Source of the DNA: a virus
DNA length: 64,000 nt
Direction: 5' to 3' (one strand)
Virus record (IMG/VR): IMGVR_UViG_3300045988_132388
The position numbers and the translations under genes were made by a program. This document shows, in pieces, positions 39,081 to 46,928 of this stretch; the first letter of the stretch is position 1; each line of letters starts with the position of its first letter. The notes under the pieces are model-generated. The model saw only the letters and a program-made list of their open reading frames with translations. It had not been told where the DNA came from and searched no databases.

Positions 39081-40167
39081 TCAAAAGAGCGTTGCCGCAG
39101 GTTATTCTATCCTCGTCCTCTTCCACAGAAGGAACAAAAACAATCACATCCCAACCTGCCTTGACAAGCGGTTGTTCAAACTGTTTGTAAACATCGTATG
39201 TGTAATATCCCTCCTCAGTCTGAATGCCATTACTTATAGCCTCTTTTGTCTCGTGAATAGGAGTTATCTTTACAATGAACTTTTCCTTATCAAAGAGTTT
39301 GTCCAAAACGGCAGGGTCTAATATCGTGTCTTTAGTGACAGGAAAATTCAACGTGTACTTTCTGCCGACCGGCATAGGTAAATCACGGCAAATCTCTGAG
39401 ATTTCCTGCAAAGTCAAGGATCGACCACGGAACAAATCATTACGCTGCTCTTCATCTGTAGAGTTTATAGACAACTGCAATCCGGCTTCACCTCTAAACT
39501 CGTAGTTCTTGAGTTGACAGAACTCACCAAGAATACGTTTCAGAGTTTTGCTTCCCAAAGAACCCGGAAGCATGGTCGTAAATACAGGATGGATAACATC
39601 TGCATCCATGAATACGTTGACATCATCCCTGAGATAGCACAGCAAATATATCTTGATGTTATTCCAGTTGAATGACGGTTCGCCCATACGAGCCAGATGA
39701 AGGTTGAAACGCTTGGTGTGCTGACACTCCGAACGAACGATAGCCGATATTACTTCTTCTCGCAGATCGCTAACCTTAGCATTACCGTGGAAACCGACTT
39801 TAGGGCAGTCACAGAACTTACATTTCATCGGACATCCTTTTTGAGTGGAAATAGTAACAACCATCTTATCCTCAAGATCTACCTTCTTATGGGTTACACC
39901 ATTAATTTCCTTAGTCAATCCAAGGAAGTCCGCCTTTATGTTGGCTTCCTTGCCATAGTCGCCAACATATAAATATTCAAGACATTTTTTAGTATCACTA
40001 AAAATTGCTCCAGTACGAGTCTTAGATTCTTTAATCATAATAGAAATACATATCGTTTTATTGATATTTTCAATCTTTAATTCAAATGGACGAGAAGTTA
40101 TAAAACGAGGTGAGCCACATTCTTTATACGGCACTTCTGTGATAGTGATGGCGATAGTGATAGCCAC
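39061..40167 (-). CDS. radical SAM enzyme of the RlmN/Cfr family (start uncertain)
   Basis: ISTQKGCPMKCKFCDCPKVGFHGNAKVSDLREEV, MGEPSFNWNN, LQLSINSTDEEQRNDL and a C-terminal DRITCGNAL align with E. coli RlmN CVSSQVGCALECKFC...GFNRNL, MGMGEPLLN, ISLHAPNDEIR and DIDAACGQL. The first ~12 codons of the track ORF are encoded by GATAGTGAT repeats and may be non-coding. Confidence 0.7.
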   Translation of the reverse strand: MAITIAITITEVPYKECGSPRFITSRPFELKIENINKTICISIMIKESKTRTGAIFSDTKKCLEYLYVGDYGKEANIKADFLGLTKEINGVTHKKVDLEDKMVVTISTQKGCPMKCKFCDCPKVGFHGNAKVSDLREEVISAIVRSECQHTKRFNLHLARMGEPSFNWNNIKIYLLCYLRDDVNVFMDADVIHPVFTTMLPGSLGSKTLKRILGEFCQLKNYEFRGEAGLQLSINSTDEEQRNDLFRGRSLTLQEISEICRDLPMPVGRKYTLNFPVTKDTILDPAVLDKLFDKEKFIVKITPIHETKEAISNGIQTEEGYYTYDVYKQFEQPLVKAGWDVIVFVPSVEEDEDRITCGNALLSEYKED

Positions 40168-40190
40168 CGCAGTCGGGTGATAGTGATAGC
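40139..40190. repeat. three 12-13 bp direct repeats GATAGTGAT(G/A)GC
   Basis: Copies at 40141-40152 and 40153-40164 (tandem) and at 40179-40190. They lie between the tRNA-like RNA and the body of the RlmN-like ORF. Confidence 0.7.
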
Positions 40191-40210
40191 GAAATAAAAG
40201 ATGTTGACTG

Positions 40211-40346
40211 CGGAGTGATTTTCGCGCAATACTTGCTCTAACCAGCTGAGCTACTTTTCTTCCGAAAAGAAAAGATAGGATTCGAACCTATGACCTCGTG
40301 AGACACGTTTCGGAAAAACGTATGATTCACTAAAAAGAAAACTCCG
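40211..40346 (-). ncRNA. circularly permuted tRNA-like RNA (Y-RNA/YrlA-type tRNA mimic or permuted tRNA gene)
   Basis: Order on the minus strand: ACGTT-TTTCCGA-AACGT hairpin; 13 nt ending AGGTC; T arm ATAGG-TTCGAAT-CCTAT; CTTTTCT; a 7-nt loop; AGAAAAG; TA; D arm GCTC-AGCTGGTTA-GAGC. The flanks CGGAGTTTTC and GAAAA(TC)ACTCCG pair with each other. Confidence 0.6.
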
Positions 40347-40426
40347 TATGCTATCAGTGTGAGGGTCAGTTTCACGGTACAAAACCTTCAGTCTGACCTT
40401 ACCCACCTCGTATTATATTTTATGTT

Positions 40427-41350
40427 TTACAAACCGTTGACCTCCGCATATATTCCCTGGAGATTATTAGGGATGATAATGCGCAGAGACGTTATCTCTT
40501 TGATTTCTTCCTGTTGCCACTCAACGAACATCGTCTGTAATCTCGACATTTCGGTATCGAAATTGTTTCTCTTTTCTTGATGTTCTGCATACTTCTTCTT
40601 GTATTCAGCCAATCGCTTGCTGTACTCCTTCTCGGCTTCAATGCGGAAACGATGCTCAATACCATTAAACTCAGCTTGCAATGCTCGATATTCGCCCTGA
40701 AGCTGAAAGAAGGTCCTGTTCAGTCGGTCGATGGTACCGGGTTCAACATTATAAGAGAACACGACCATATCGCGGCCTTCACCTTCTATCTCCGTAGGAT
40801 TAGCCAGACGGTGTGACACTCTCTTCAAGGCCAGAGGCAACAGTCCGTCGGGATGAATATACTTACCATACACCGCCATCTTGGTTTTCAACTCAATATA
40901 GCGGTTGCGATCCTTTACGTTCAGAATCTCGTTGCCCACCTTGTCAATATCGGAAACGGGGTCAGGAGCAACCGGCTTTTCAGGAAGAGTAATATTGTGA
41001 TCGTCAGCCCACACCATGAAGTTGCAGTCTTGCACTGACTTCAAACCTTTCTCACGTTCATTGATAGCCTCACGCAGCCAACCGATAAGGGCATTGCACT
41101 GAGCTACGCGACGTATAACATCGGGAATAGCATCAAGGGTGTCAAGAGGGGCTTCCACAATCGACGGCTGTGTATCCCCAAGCAGACGTGCGCTCTTGGT
41201 GTAAAGACGTAAGGTATCAGCCTGCGCTAAGATGCGCTGCGCATACTCTTTAGCCATGTTTGCAACATGGTTAGCAGATGTGGCTGTCAAACCTTCTTTC
41301 GCAAAAAATACTTTGTTCATATATATCGTTTTTTGTTCGTATTTTAACAT
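40427..41350 (-). CDS. hypothetical protein
   Basis: 307 aa ORF with a C-terminal coiled coil. Confidence 0.55.
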   Translation of the reverse strand: MLKYEQKTIYMNKVFFAKEGLTATSANHVANMAKEYAQRILAQADTLRLYTKSARLLGDTQPSIVEAPLDTLDAIPDVIRRVAQCNALIGWLREAINEREKGLKSVQDCNFMVWADDHNITLPEKPVAPDPVSDIDKVGNEILNVKDRNRYIELKTKMAVYGKYIHPDGLLPLALKRVSHRLANPTEIEGEGRDMVVFSYNVEPGTIDRLNRTFFQLQGEYRALQAEFNGIEHRFRIEAEKEYSKRLAEYKKKYAEHQEKRNNFDTEMSRLQTMFVEWQQEEIKEITSLRIIIPNNLQGIYAEVNGL

Positions 41351-41380
41351 TTTAGCAATCAGTAGAGAATCATAAGACCA

Positions 41381-41411
41381 CCGTAAGACATCCGTAAGCT
41401 ATCCGTAAAGG
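41381..41411. repeat. three CCGTAA(G/A) repeats at 11-bp phasing (iteron-like)
   Basis: CCGTAAG at 41381 and 41392, CCGTAAA at 41403. They sit in the spacer between the primase-like gene and the 40427-41350 gene. Confidence 0.6.
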
Positions 41412-41514
41412 ACGCATAGAAGGTGTTTTTAGTTAAAAATCCTTCCGATTTACTGTGTCTGCAACTGTTCTAAAAAGAAACATCTTACTACATATCTTAA
41501 TCAATTTCGTCACT

Positions 41515-42618
41515 TCAATTCGTTCTTCCATATATTTCCCGCAGTTCTTCACGTGTAAGGAAAATATCACTCTTATGACACATTTTTATGAAAGTGTTTT
41601 CTGTTACTTTCGGATAATTGGCAAACTGCGGCCACATTCTTCTTAACTCCGACTCACGACGAGCATTAGAATCTGGTGGACGGAAACGTGATATACGTCT
41701 CCACATATCCAGTCCTGCCACATGGTCAATGCTATATAAAGAAATGCCACACTTCACCCACTCTTCATAATTACCCATAATGTCAATACCTTTTGCTTCT
41801 ATCTTGCTCACCAAACGCTGAGCCTTGAGGTAAACAATATCGGGAGTATCATCCTCCCAAGAAAATTTGCGGTATCCAGGATTACAACCCGAAGCACCAT
41901 TCGACACGTGCGAAAAGGTTCGATGATAACATGGCGCTGGTGTCAGTTCCACTTCGCTTACATTAAGCCCCTTGTACGCCACGGCACCTTTATTTATATA
42001 TATATGCCCAGGATCATCCCACGAGGCAAAGCGTACACGACCAATATTGCCACACTGTCTGTCGAGCATAATACCGAAAGCAGCATACTCTTTTAGTAGG
42101 GCTTTAAATTGTTCCTTATGTCGGTCCGGATAAGCAAGACGTACTAAGCCGAAACATCCCATACCACTACACGAACGCATCAATAAGGCTATCTCAGGGC
42201 GGAACTGGCAGACCATGCGGATATTCTCGAAATTGCTCAGTTGAGCATTATCTGCCAAGTCAATGTCTATGGCGAGCCATCCGGTATGCTGCTTCAGATG
42301 GGTTTCACGGCGCGACACAGGGGCGATATATTTGCTTCCGTCACGACGAGTACATTCGTCGTTGCGTATCTCAAAGAGTCCGCTCAATGTAGCACCAGGT
42401 AATCGCTTCTTGGTTTTAATATACTCAGGCATTTTCTTTGCCTTGGCTCCATACTCCTGGCGCAGGGCGCGAAGATGCTCCACATACGGCTTCCACCTTT
42501 CCGTCAGACAAAACTCACGGATAGACATCTGCTGAATACACTCCCCTGTCTCTTGGTCTACATATCGACCTACATTGTCAAGTGCGTCAGAATATATGGA
42601 ACATATCTCGTCGAACAT
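41515..42618 (-). CDS. primase-polymerase-like protein (BT4734/VirE N-terminal-domain-like)
   Basis: 367 aa. HTGWLAIDIDL... followed by MRSCSGMGCFGLVRL resembles the hhhDhD plus sGxG pattern of Bacteroides VirE_N/prim-pol proteins. The assignment is from memory only. Confidence 0.4.
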   Translation of the reverse strand: MFDEICSIYSDALDNVGRYVDQETGECIQQMSIREFCLTERWKPYVEHLRALRQEYGAKAKKMPEYIKTKKRLPGATLSGLFEIRNDECTRRDGSKYIAPVSRRETHLKQHTGWLAIDIDLADNAQLSNFENIRMVCQFRPEIALLMRSCSGMGCFGLVRLAYPDRHKEQFKALLKEYAAFGIMLDRQCGNIGRVRFASWDDPGHIYINKGAVAYKGLNVSEVELTPAPCYHRTFSHVSNGASGCNPGYRKFSWEDDTPDIVYLKAQRLVSKIEAKGIDIMGNYEEWVKCGISLYSIDHVAGLDMWRRISRFRPPDSNARRESELRRMWPQFANYPKVTENTFIKMCHKSDIFLTREELREIYGRTN

Positions 42619-42807
42619 ATCTTTTACACTCCTTATTGTTTTCGGTTACAAAATTAAAAAATACATTTCACTCCAACAAACATTTTGTCTTTTTATTTGA
42701 GTGTCACATACTTTTTAACTTTTATAGTTCTATTAGTTAAGGGTTATACCTAATATTAAGCCAAGTAATATTCATAAACATCAGTTTCGCCCCAACCTTT
42801 ATATATA

Positions 42808-42815
42808 TACCTTTG
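42808..42815 (+). promoter_or_regulatory. -7 promoter box TACCTTTG
   Basis: Matches the Bacteroidota TAnnTTTG consensus. It is 43 nt upstream of ATG 42858, in a 240-bp AT-rich divergent spacer. Confidence 0.5.
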
Positions 42816-42857
42816 CCACAAGTCCGATAATGGACGAAACTAAACAACACAAACACT

Positions 42858-43367
42858 ATGCAGATTAAAACGCAAAACGGCGACTATGACGTTGCCAGCA
42901 AGGGACTGGGCAATACAGCTCTCGGTCTCGGCATCGCAGGATTGGCTACCAGTCTGTTAGGCGGTGGTGCAATGCTCGGTGGTCTTGGAAATGGCAAACA
43001 AATGACTGCCAACCCTAACGACCCCGACGCAAGGTTCGTAACCAAGAGCGAGACTAACCTGATCCAGGAGAACTCTACTCTCAAAACGGAACTTGCTATC
43101 CAGAAGAGTGAAAACTACACAGACAAGAAGCTTGTAGAGGTGACACAGTATATCGACACGAAGCTGCGCCGTGTGGAAGACAAGGTTGATGCCAACAAGG
43201 ACGCACAGCAAGCCGTGAACGCACAGCAGATGGCTTACAATGCCGCTGCAAATGCAAACATCGACGTGCTGAAGTCACAGGTGGCAGCACTGAACGGTGT
43301 CACTAAACTCTTTGTACCGTCATCTAATGTCTGTCAGACGGGATGCGGTTGTGGTTGCAACGCATAA
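42858..43367 (+). CDS. membrane/coiled-coil protein with Gly-zipper N-terminus and CxxGCGCGC tail
   Basis: 169 aa. GLGNTALGLGIAGLATSLLGGGAMLGGLG, a central coiled coil, and the C-terminus NVCQTGCGCGCNA. Confidence 0.6.
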   Translation: MQIKTQNGDYDVASKGLGNTALGLGIAGLATSLLGGGAMLGGLGNGKQMTANPNDPDARFVTKSETNLIQENSTLKTELAIQKSENYTDKKLVEVTQYIDTKLRRVEDKVDANKDAQQAVNAQQMAYNAAANANIDVLKSQVAALNGVTKLFVPSSNVCQTGCGCGCNA

Positions 43368-43380
43368 AACGTGAAGTGAT

Positions 43381-43803
43381 ATGGAATATTCTAATTCACA
43401 AATCTTGGCAGCAGTCGTGTCCGAATGGGCGCGACCTGCCATTTCACAGATTGCCGCAGGTAACATCATGCGTCTGCCTATGCTCCAATCGCTGCAAGCT
43501 ACTATCGGCTCGCTCGGACTGGTAAGCGGAACGTATAACCTACAGAAGGATATAGAACCGCTCATCCAACCTGTAGTCAACTCACTGGTTACTCCAATGC
43601 TCACGCGCTACTTCAGACAGATACCGGAAGAAAGTATTCCGCAGATGGCGCACGACATTGTGGAGAAGATTCGCTACAACGGACCGCTATCCGTTCTCGA
43701 AGGCGTGATAACGTTTGACGAGGAAGACCTGGATGAACTTGCTGACCTCTTGCAGAAAAACCTGCCGGTGGAAAGTGTAGACCATTACCAGGTTAAGAGA
43801 TAA
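43381..43803 (+). CDS. hypothetical protein
   Basis: 140 aa ORF in the plus-strand cassette. Confidence 0.55.
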   Translation: MEYSNSQILAAVVSEWARPAISQIAAGNIMRLPMLQSLQATIGSLGLVSGTYNLQKDIEPLIQPVVNSLVTPMLTRYFRQIPEESIPQMAHDIVEKIRYNGPLSVLEGVITFDEEDLDELADLLQKNLPVESVDHYQVKR

Positions 43804-43860
43804 GTTTACTAACATAAGCGTCGGCTCGCATCGTCGCTATATTAAAACACAAATAAGAAT

Positions 43861-44283
43861 ATGAACAAACGTACTATTCCGGCTATTATTACAGCCACGC
43901 TTGCAGTAGGCGCAACAGCCACTGCTCCCTATTATGACGTGAATATCACACAGCAGCTCTGTACTCCGGCTTGTGTGGACGAGACACCCGTGTTTACTCC
44001 CTCATTCTCGGTAAAGAGTATTGCAAAAGTGGGTACATCGCAATACCTTGTAGTACTCCATGTGGAAGGTGTTATCAACTATGTTCCGTGTAACTGTGGC
44101 ACATGCTGCACTCGCTCGCAGATGGTAAGTCAAGATTTCACCATTCCGGTATTCAGTGCTACCGACATCAATAGCGTCACACCTACCATCGGCGCGGTAC
44201 AGAACGGTATCGCCAGGATTGCCTGCTGCTCATGCAGCAAGACTTTCGTATCGGATGCACCCCTCACCTTAACCATCGCATAG
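43861..44283 (+). CDS. secreted Cys-rich protein
   Basis: 140 aa. Signal-like N-terminus (IPAIITATLAVGATATA) and Cys clusters CTPAC, CNCGTCC and CCSCS. Confidence 0.6.
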   Translation: MNKRTIPAIITATLAVGATATAPYYDVNITQQLCTPACVDETPVFTPSFSVKSIAKVGTSQYLVVLHVEGVINYVPCNCGTCCTRSQMVSQDFTIPVFSATDINSVTPTIGAVQNGIARIACCSCSKTFVSDAPLTLTIA

Positions 44284-44284
44284 C

Positions 44285-44581
44285 ATGCCTATGTTCCTGT
44301 TGACAAGCATGATCCTGATGGTATCCGTGAATCTCATTCACCATCTCGGACTGGCTCAGGCTGTTGCCGAGGTGGTGGATAAGATACTGGGATGCAGCCA
44401 ATGCTTGACGTTCTGGAGCGTTATTGCCGGACTGACATATCTCGGTCAGGACATTATTACGGCGGTATTCCTTGCTATCACGATGGCTTACCTATCTAAT
44501 TGGTTTGGACTGATATTATTGTATCTCCAAAGAAAATTCACTACATTGTATGAAAGAGAAAAAGATAAAAAAGCAAGATGA
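44285..44581 (+). CDS. small integral membrane protein (3 TM)
   Basis: 98 aa. Its start overlaps the preceding stop (TAGCATG). Confidence 0.6.
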   Translation: MPMFLLTSMILMVSVNLIHHLGLAQAVAEVVDKILGCSQCLTFWSVIAGLTYLGQDIITAVFLAITMAYLSNWFGLILLYLQRKFTTLYEREKDKKAR

Positions 44582-44696
44582 AAGTAAGCCAATGGAGAAA
44601 TCTTCCGGCTTTCAACGGCATACAACATTCGCTACTTTGGTGCCGATAATTCCCAAATTCAAGGGCATCTGCCCTAATTGTTAAAACAAAAAGAAA

Positions 44697-45194
44697 ATGA
44701 AATACATTCAATTAATAGAACAGGCTCGCGCCACTGGAGTGGCGAACGAGAGTAAAATGAACGCGGCCATCGCGCAGATGTCGTGCGACCTTGAAAGCGT
44801 AAAGAACGAGAAACCAAACTTGTTTTGGCGTATTATGCGTCATCAGCATGCTGTACTCTATGACCGCCACTACAGCGAGAAGTTTGCCAATCATGACGTG
44901 AATTGTCTGGAGTATGGTGAACCGGATGAAGAGGGTATGCCCACCCTGCATGGCGCACATTGGACACGTTCGCAGGTTATGGAAGCTACACGCGACCTTG
45001 AGTTTCATCCAAAGGTGAACAACTGGGACAAATATGTAGCCTTCAATGCCATGTACGCCGACCTCTGCACCGACATGAAAGAGGAAGAGATAATCACGGC
45101 AGCATACCTGTTTTACTTCCGTGATGCCGACTGGCAGACGGATGATGATTGCACTAAGATATGGGATTACATGTCCTTACATGCAACAATGTAA
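44697..45194 (+). CDS. hypothetical protein
   Basis: 165 aa ORF. Confidence 0.55.
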   Translation: MKYIQLIEQARATGVANESKMNAAIAQMSCDLESVKNEKPNLFWRIMRHQHAVLYDRHYSEKFANHDVNCLEYGEPDEEGMPTLHGAHWTRSQVMEATRDLEFHPKVNNWDKYVAFNAMYADLCTDMKEEEIITAAYLFYFRDADWQTDDDCTKIWDYMSLHATM

Positions 45195-45228
45195 AATGAC
45201 TTTTTGCTAAAAAGAATAAAGCATCAAA

Positions 45229-45270
45229 AAAGTCCCTCGCGCCATTCATTATGCCGCAAAGGGACTTTCA
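45229..45270 (+). terminator. hairpin terminator candidate
   Basis: AAGTCCCT (45230-45237) pairs with AGGGACTT (45260-45267), followed by a weak T-run. Confidence 0.35.
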
Positions 45271-45348
45271 TTATGCAACAAAAAACTTATTTTATCTTTC
45301 TATTAGTATTTCTTTTTACTAATAAGTCTAACATAAGCGGAATTTATC

Positions 45349-45356
45349 TACCTTTG
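45349..45356 (+). promoter_or_regulatory. -7 promoter box TACCTTTG
   Basis: The octamer and its spacing (42 nt to the ATG) are the same as at 42808. Confidence 0.5.
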
Positions 45357-45397
45357 TATTCATAAAACTTACATTCTTTCATTTAAAAACAATAACT

Positions 45398-46303
45398 ATG
45401 GAACTACGACATCTACGATCTTTTGTTTATGTGGCGGAAACTCTTTCATTTTCTGTCGCCGCCGACCGATGTTGCGTCACGCAATCGGCAATCAGTCAAC
45501 ACATCAAAACCCTGGAGGAAGAGCTGGGATGCAAACTACTAATTCGTACCTCGCACGACATTACGCTTACAGAATACGGCGAAGCTCTTTTGCCTCGCGC
45601 AAAGGACATACTAAAGCAGACCGCCGACTGTAAAGAACATATACATGCACTAAACAACTGCATGACCGGTGAGTTGCGTATTGGTGTTGGTTCGTTTATC
45701 GCTCCATATATCCGCGAGGCTGCAATCATTTTTATGGAGCGTTACCCTAACGTAAGGCTTAATGCTGAAATGACAAAAGCCACCAGCCTGAACCATCTGT
45801 TACGCAACCACGAACTCGACATAGCGTTCACGATGAACACAGCATATAAGAATGAGGGTATTGAATCTATACCGTGCATACCCTTCCATATCTACGCCAT
45901 AATGCGCAACACCCATCCATTGGCAAAACTGCCGGAGGTGTCATATAAGGATATGCTCTGCCACAGCGTTATTATGCCGGCTGTGGGGGAACGTGTGTTC
46001 AATACCTTTCAGCAATATATGCGACACGACCTTACGAAGCTCAACATCAAGTGTATAGTAAGTGATCCTGACGAAGACCTTGCTATCGTGGAGGAAAAAC
46101 AAAGCATAACTTTTATGCCTAAGCTTTATCTGAAGAACCACCCTACCCTCGTTGCCAAACCTATTGCTGAACTAAAGACAGCCCTTATGAGTAATGCTCA
46201 CTATATGCAGGACGTGCCTCTCAAACGCTCCGCACAGATATTCCTTGACATTATAAGACAAGAAGCAATACCATATATCCAGGAATTGGAGAAAACCTAT
46301 TGA
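45398..46303 (+). CDS. LysR-family transcriptional regulator
   Basis: 301 aa. N-terminal wHTH MELRHLRSFVYVAETLSFSVAADRCCVTQSAISQHIKTLEEELG... plus a LysR substrate-binding-type C-terminal domain. Confidence 0.88.
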   Translation: MELRHLRSFVYVAETLSFSVAADRCCVTQSAISQHIKTLEEELGCKLLIRTSHDITLTEYGEALLPRAKDILKQTADCKEHIHALNNCMTGELRIGVGSFIAPYIREAAIIFMERYPNVRLNAEMTKATSLNHLLRNHELDIAFTMNTAYKNEGIESIPCIPFHIYAIMRNTHPLAKLPEVSYKDMLCHSVIMPAVGERVFNTFQQYMRHDLTKLNIKCIVSDPDEDLAIVEEKQSITFMPKLYLKNHPTLVAKPIAELKTALMSNAHYMQDVPLKRSAQIFLDIIRQEAIPYIQELEKTY

Positions 46304-46846
46304 AGATGCGAGAAACGGCAGAGAAAAATGAACTTTACCGCTTCTCGTGAACATTTTTGCCCTCAAAAGTTCAAAAATGATTTCTACCCTATTGTTAATT
46401 TTCCTTTTATTGTTCAAAAACGCTCTATGGAGTTCACGTCGTGACCCCCATTTGACCGCTATTTGAATACTCTCAAAAAGGTTTTTTTTGCCTAATTTTC
46501 AACTACTTATTATATATAAAGTTCAAAAAATAAATTATTTTCTTGGTTTTCAGGAGCGTAAAGACAACAAAAAAATATAAAAATATAGAAATATATGGCG
46601 AAAAAACCTCTTTTTCGAGCCGTTTGCCTTTCCTCTTAACTATCGAAAACGATTTGATTATCAGATGTTTACGGCATAGCCGTGAATGCTACTCACTTAT
46701 TGTTTGAGGTCGGGGGATTTTGAAAAGGGCAAAATAAAAATGGTCGGAAAATTTTAAAGTCAGTAGTGAAACGGGGAGATTTTTGGACTTTTGGACTTCT
46801 GTGGGCGAAAAAAGACGCGTTTTCGACGATGGAAGTCCACTAAAAT

Positions 46847-46886
46847 AAAAGACCGTCACGTCATCACGACGGGGCGGTCTTTTTTA
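46847..46886. terminator. bidirectional-looking terminator downstream of the tape measure gene
   Basis: AAAA-GACCG (46851-46855) ... CGGTC (46875-46879)-TTTTTT with an inner CGTC/GACG stem. There are U-runs on both strands. Confidence 0.6.
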
Positions 46887-46928
46887 ATGTTTGCTATATG
46901 AAAACTATCGAAATGTTCTTTTTGCGTT

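Noticed and set aside
40235-40300. Ordinary linear tRNA gene
   Set aside because: The T arm and 3' acceptor strand lie upstream of the 5' acceptor strand and D arm. No matching 5' half is found upstream and no T arm downstream, so a canonical tRNA call is not possible.
40211-40346. Two-piece (permuted) tmRNA
   Set aside because: The D arm is fully canonical. The acceptor stem lacks the G3:U70 alanine identity pair, and no tag reading frame or pseudoknots are evident.
40364-40398. Hammerhead ribozyme in the leader of the tRNA-like RNA (CUGAAGG...GUGAAAC)
   Set aside because: The core does not fit. The CUGANGA box has G at the A9 position, and GAAA is preceded by an extra U. The stems are also weak. 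Other ribozyme classes could not be assessed by eye.
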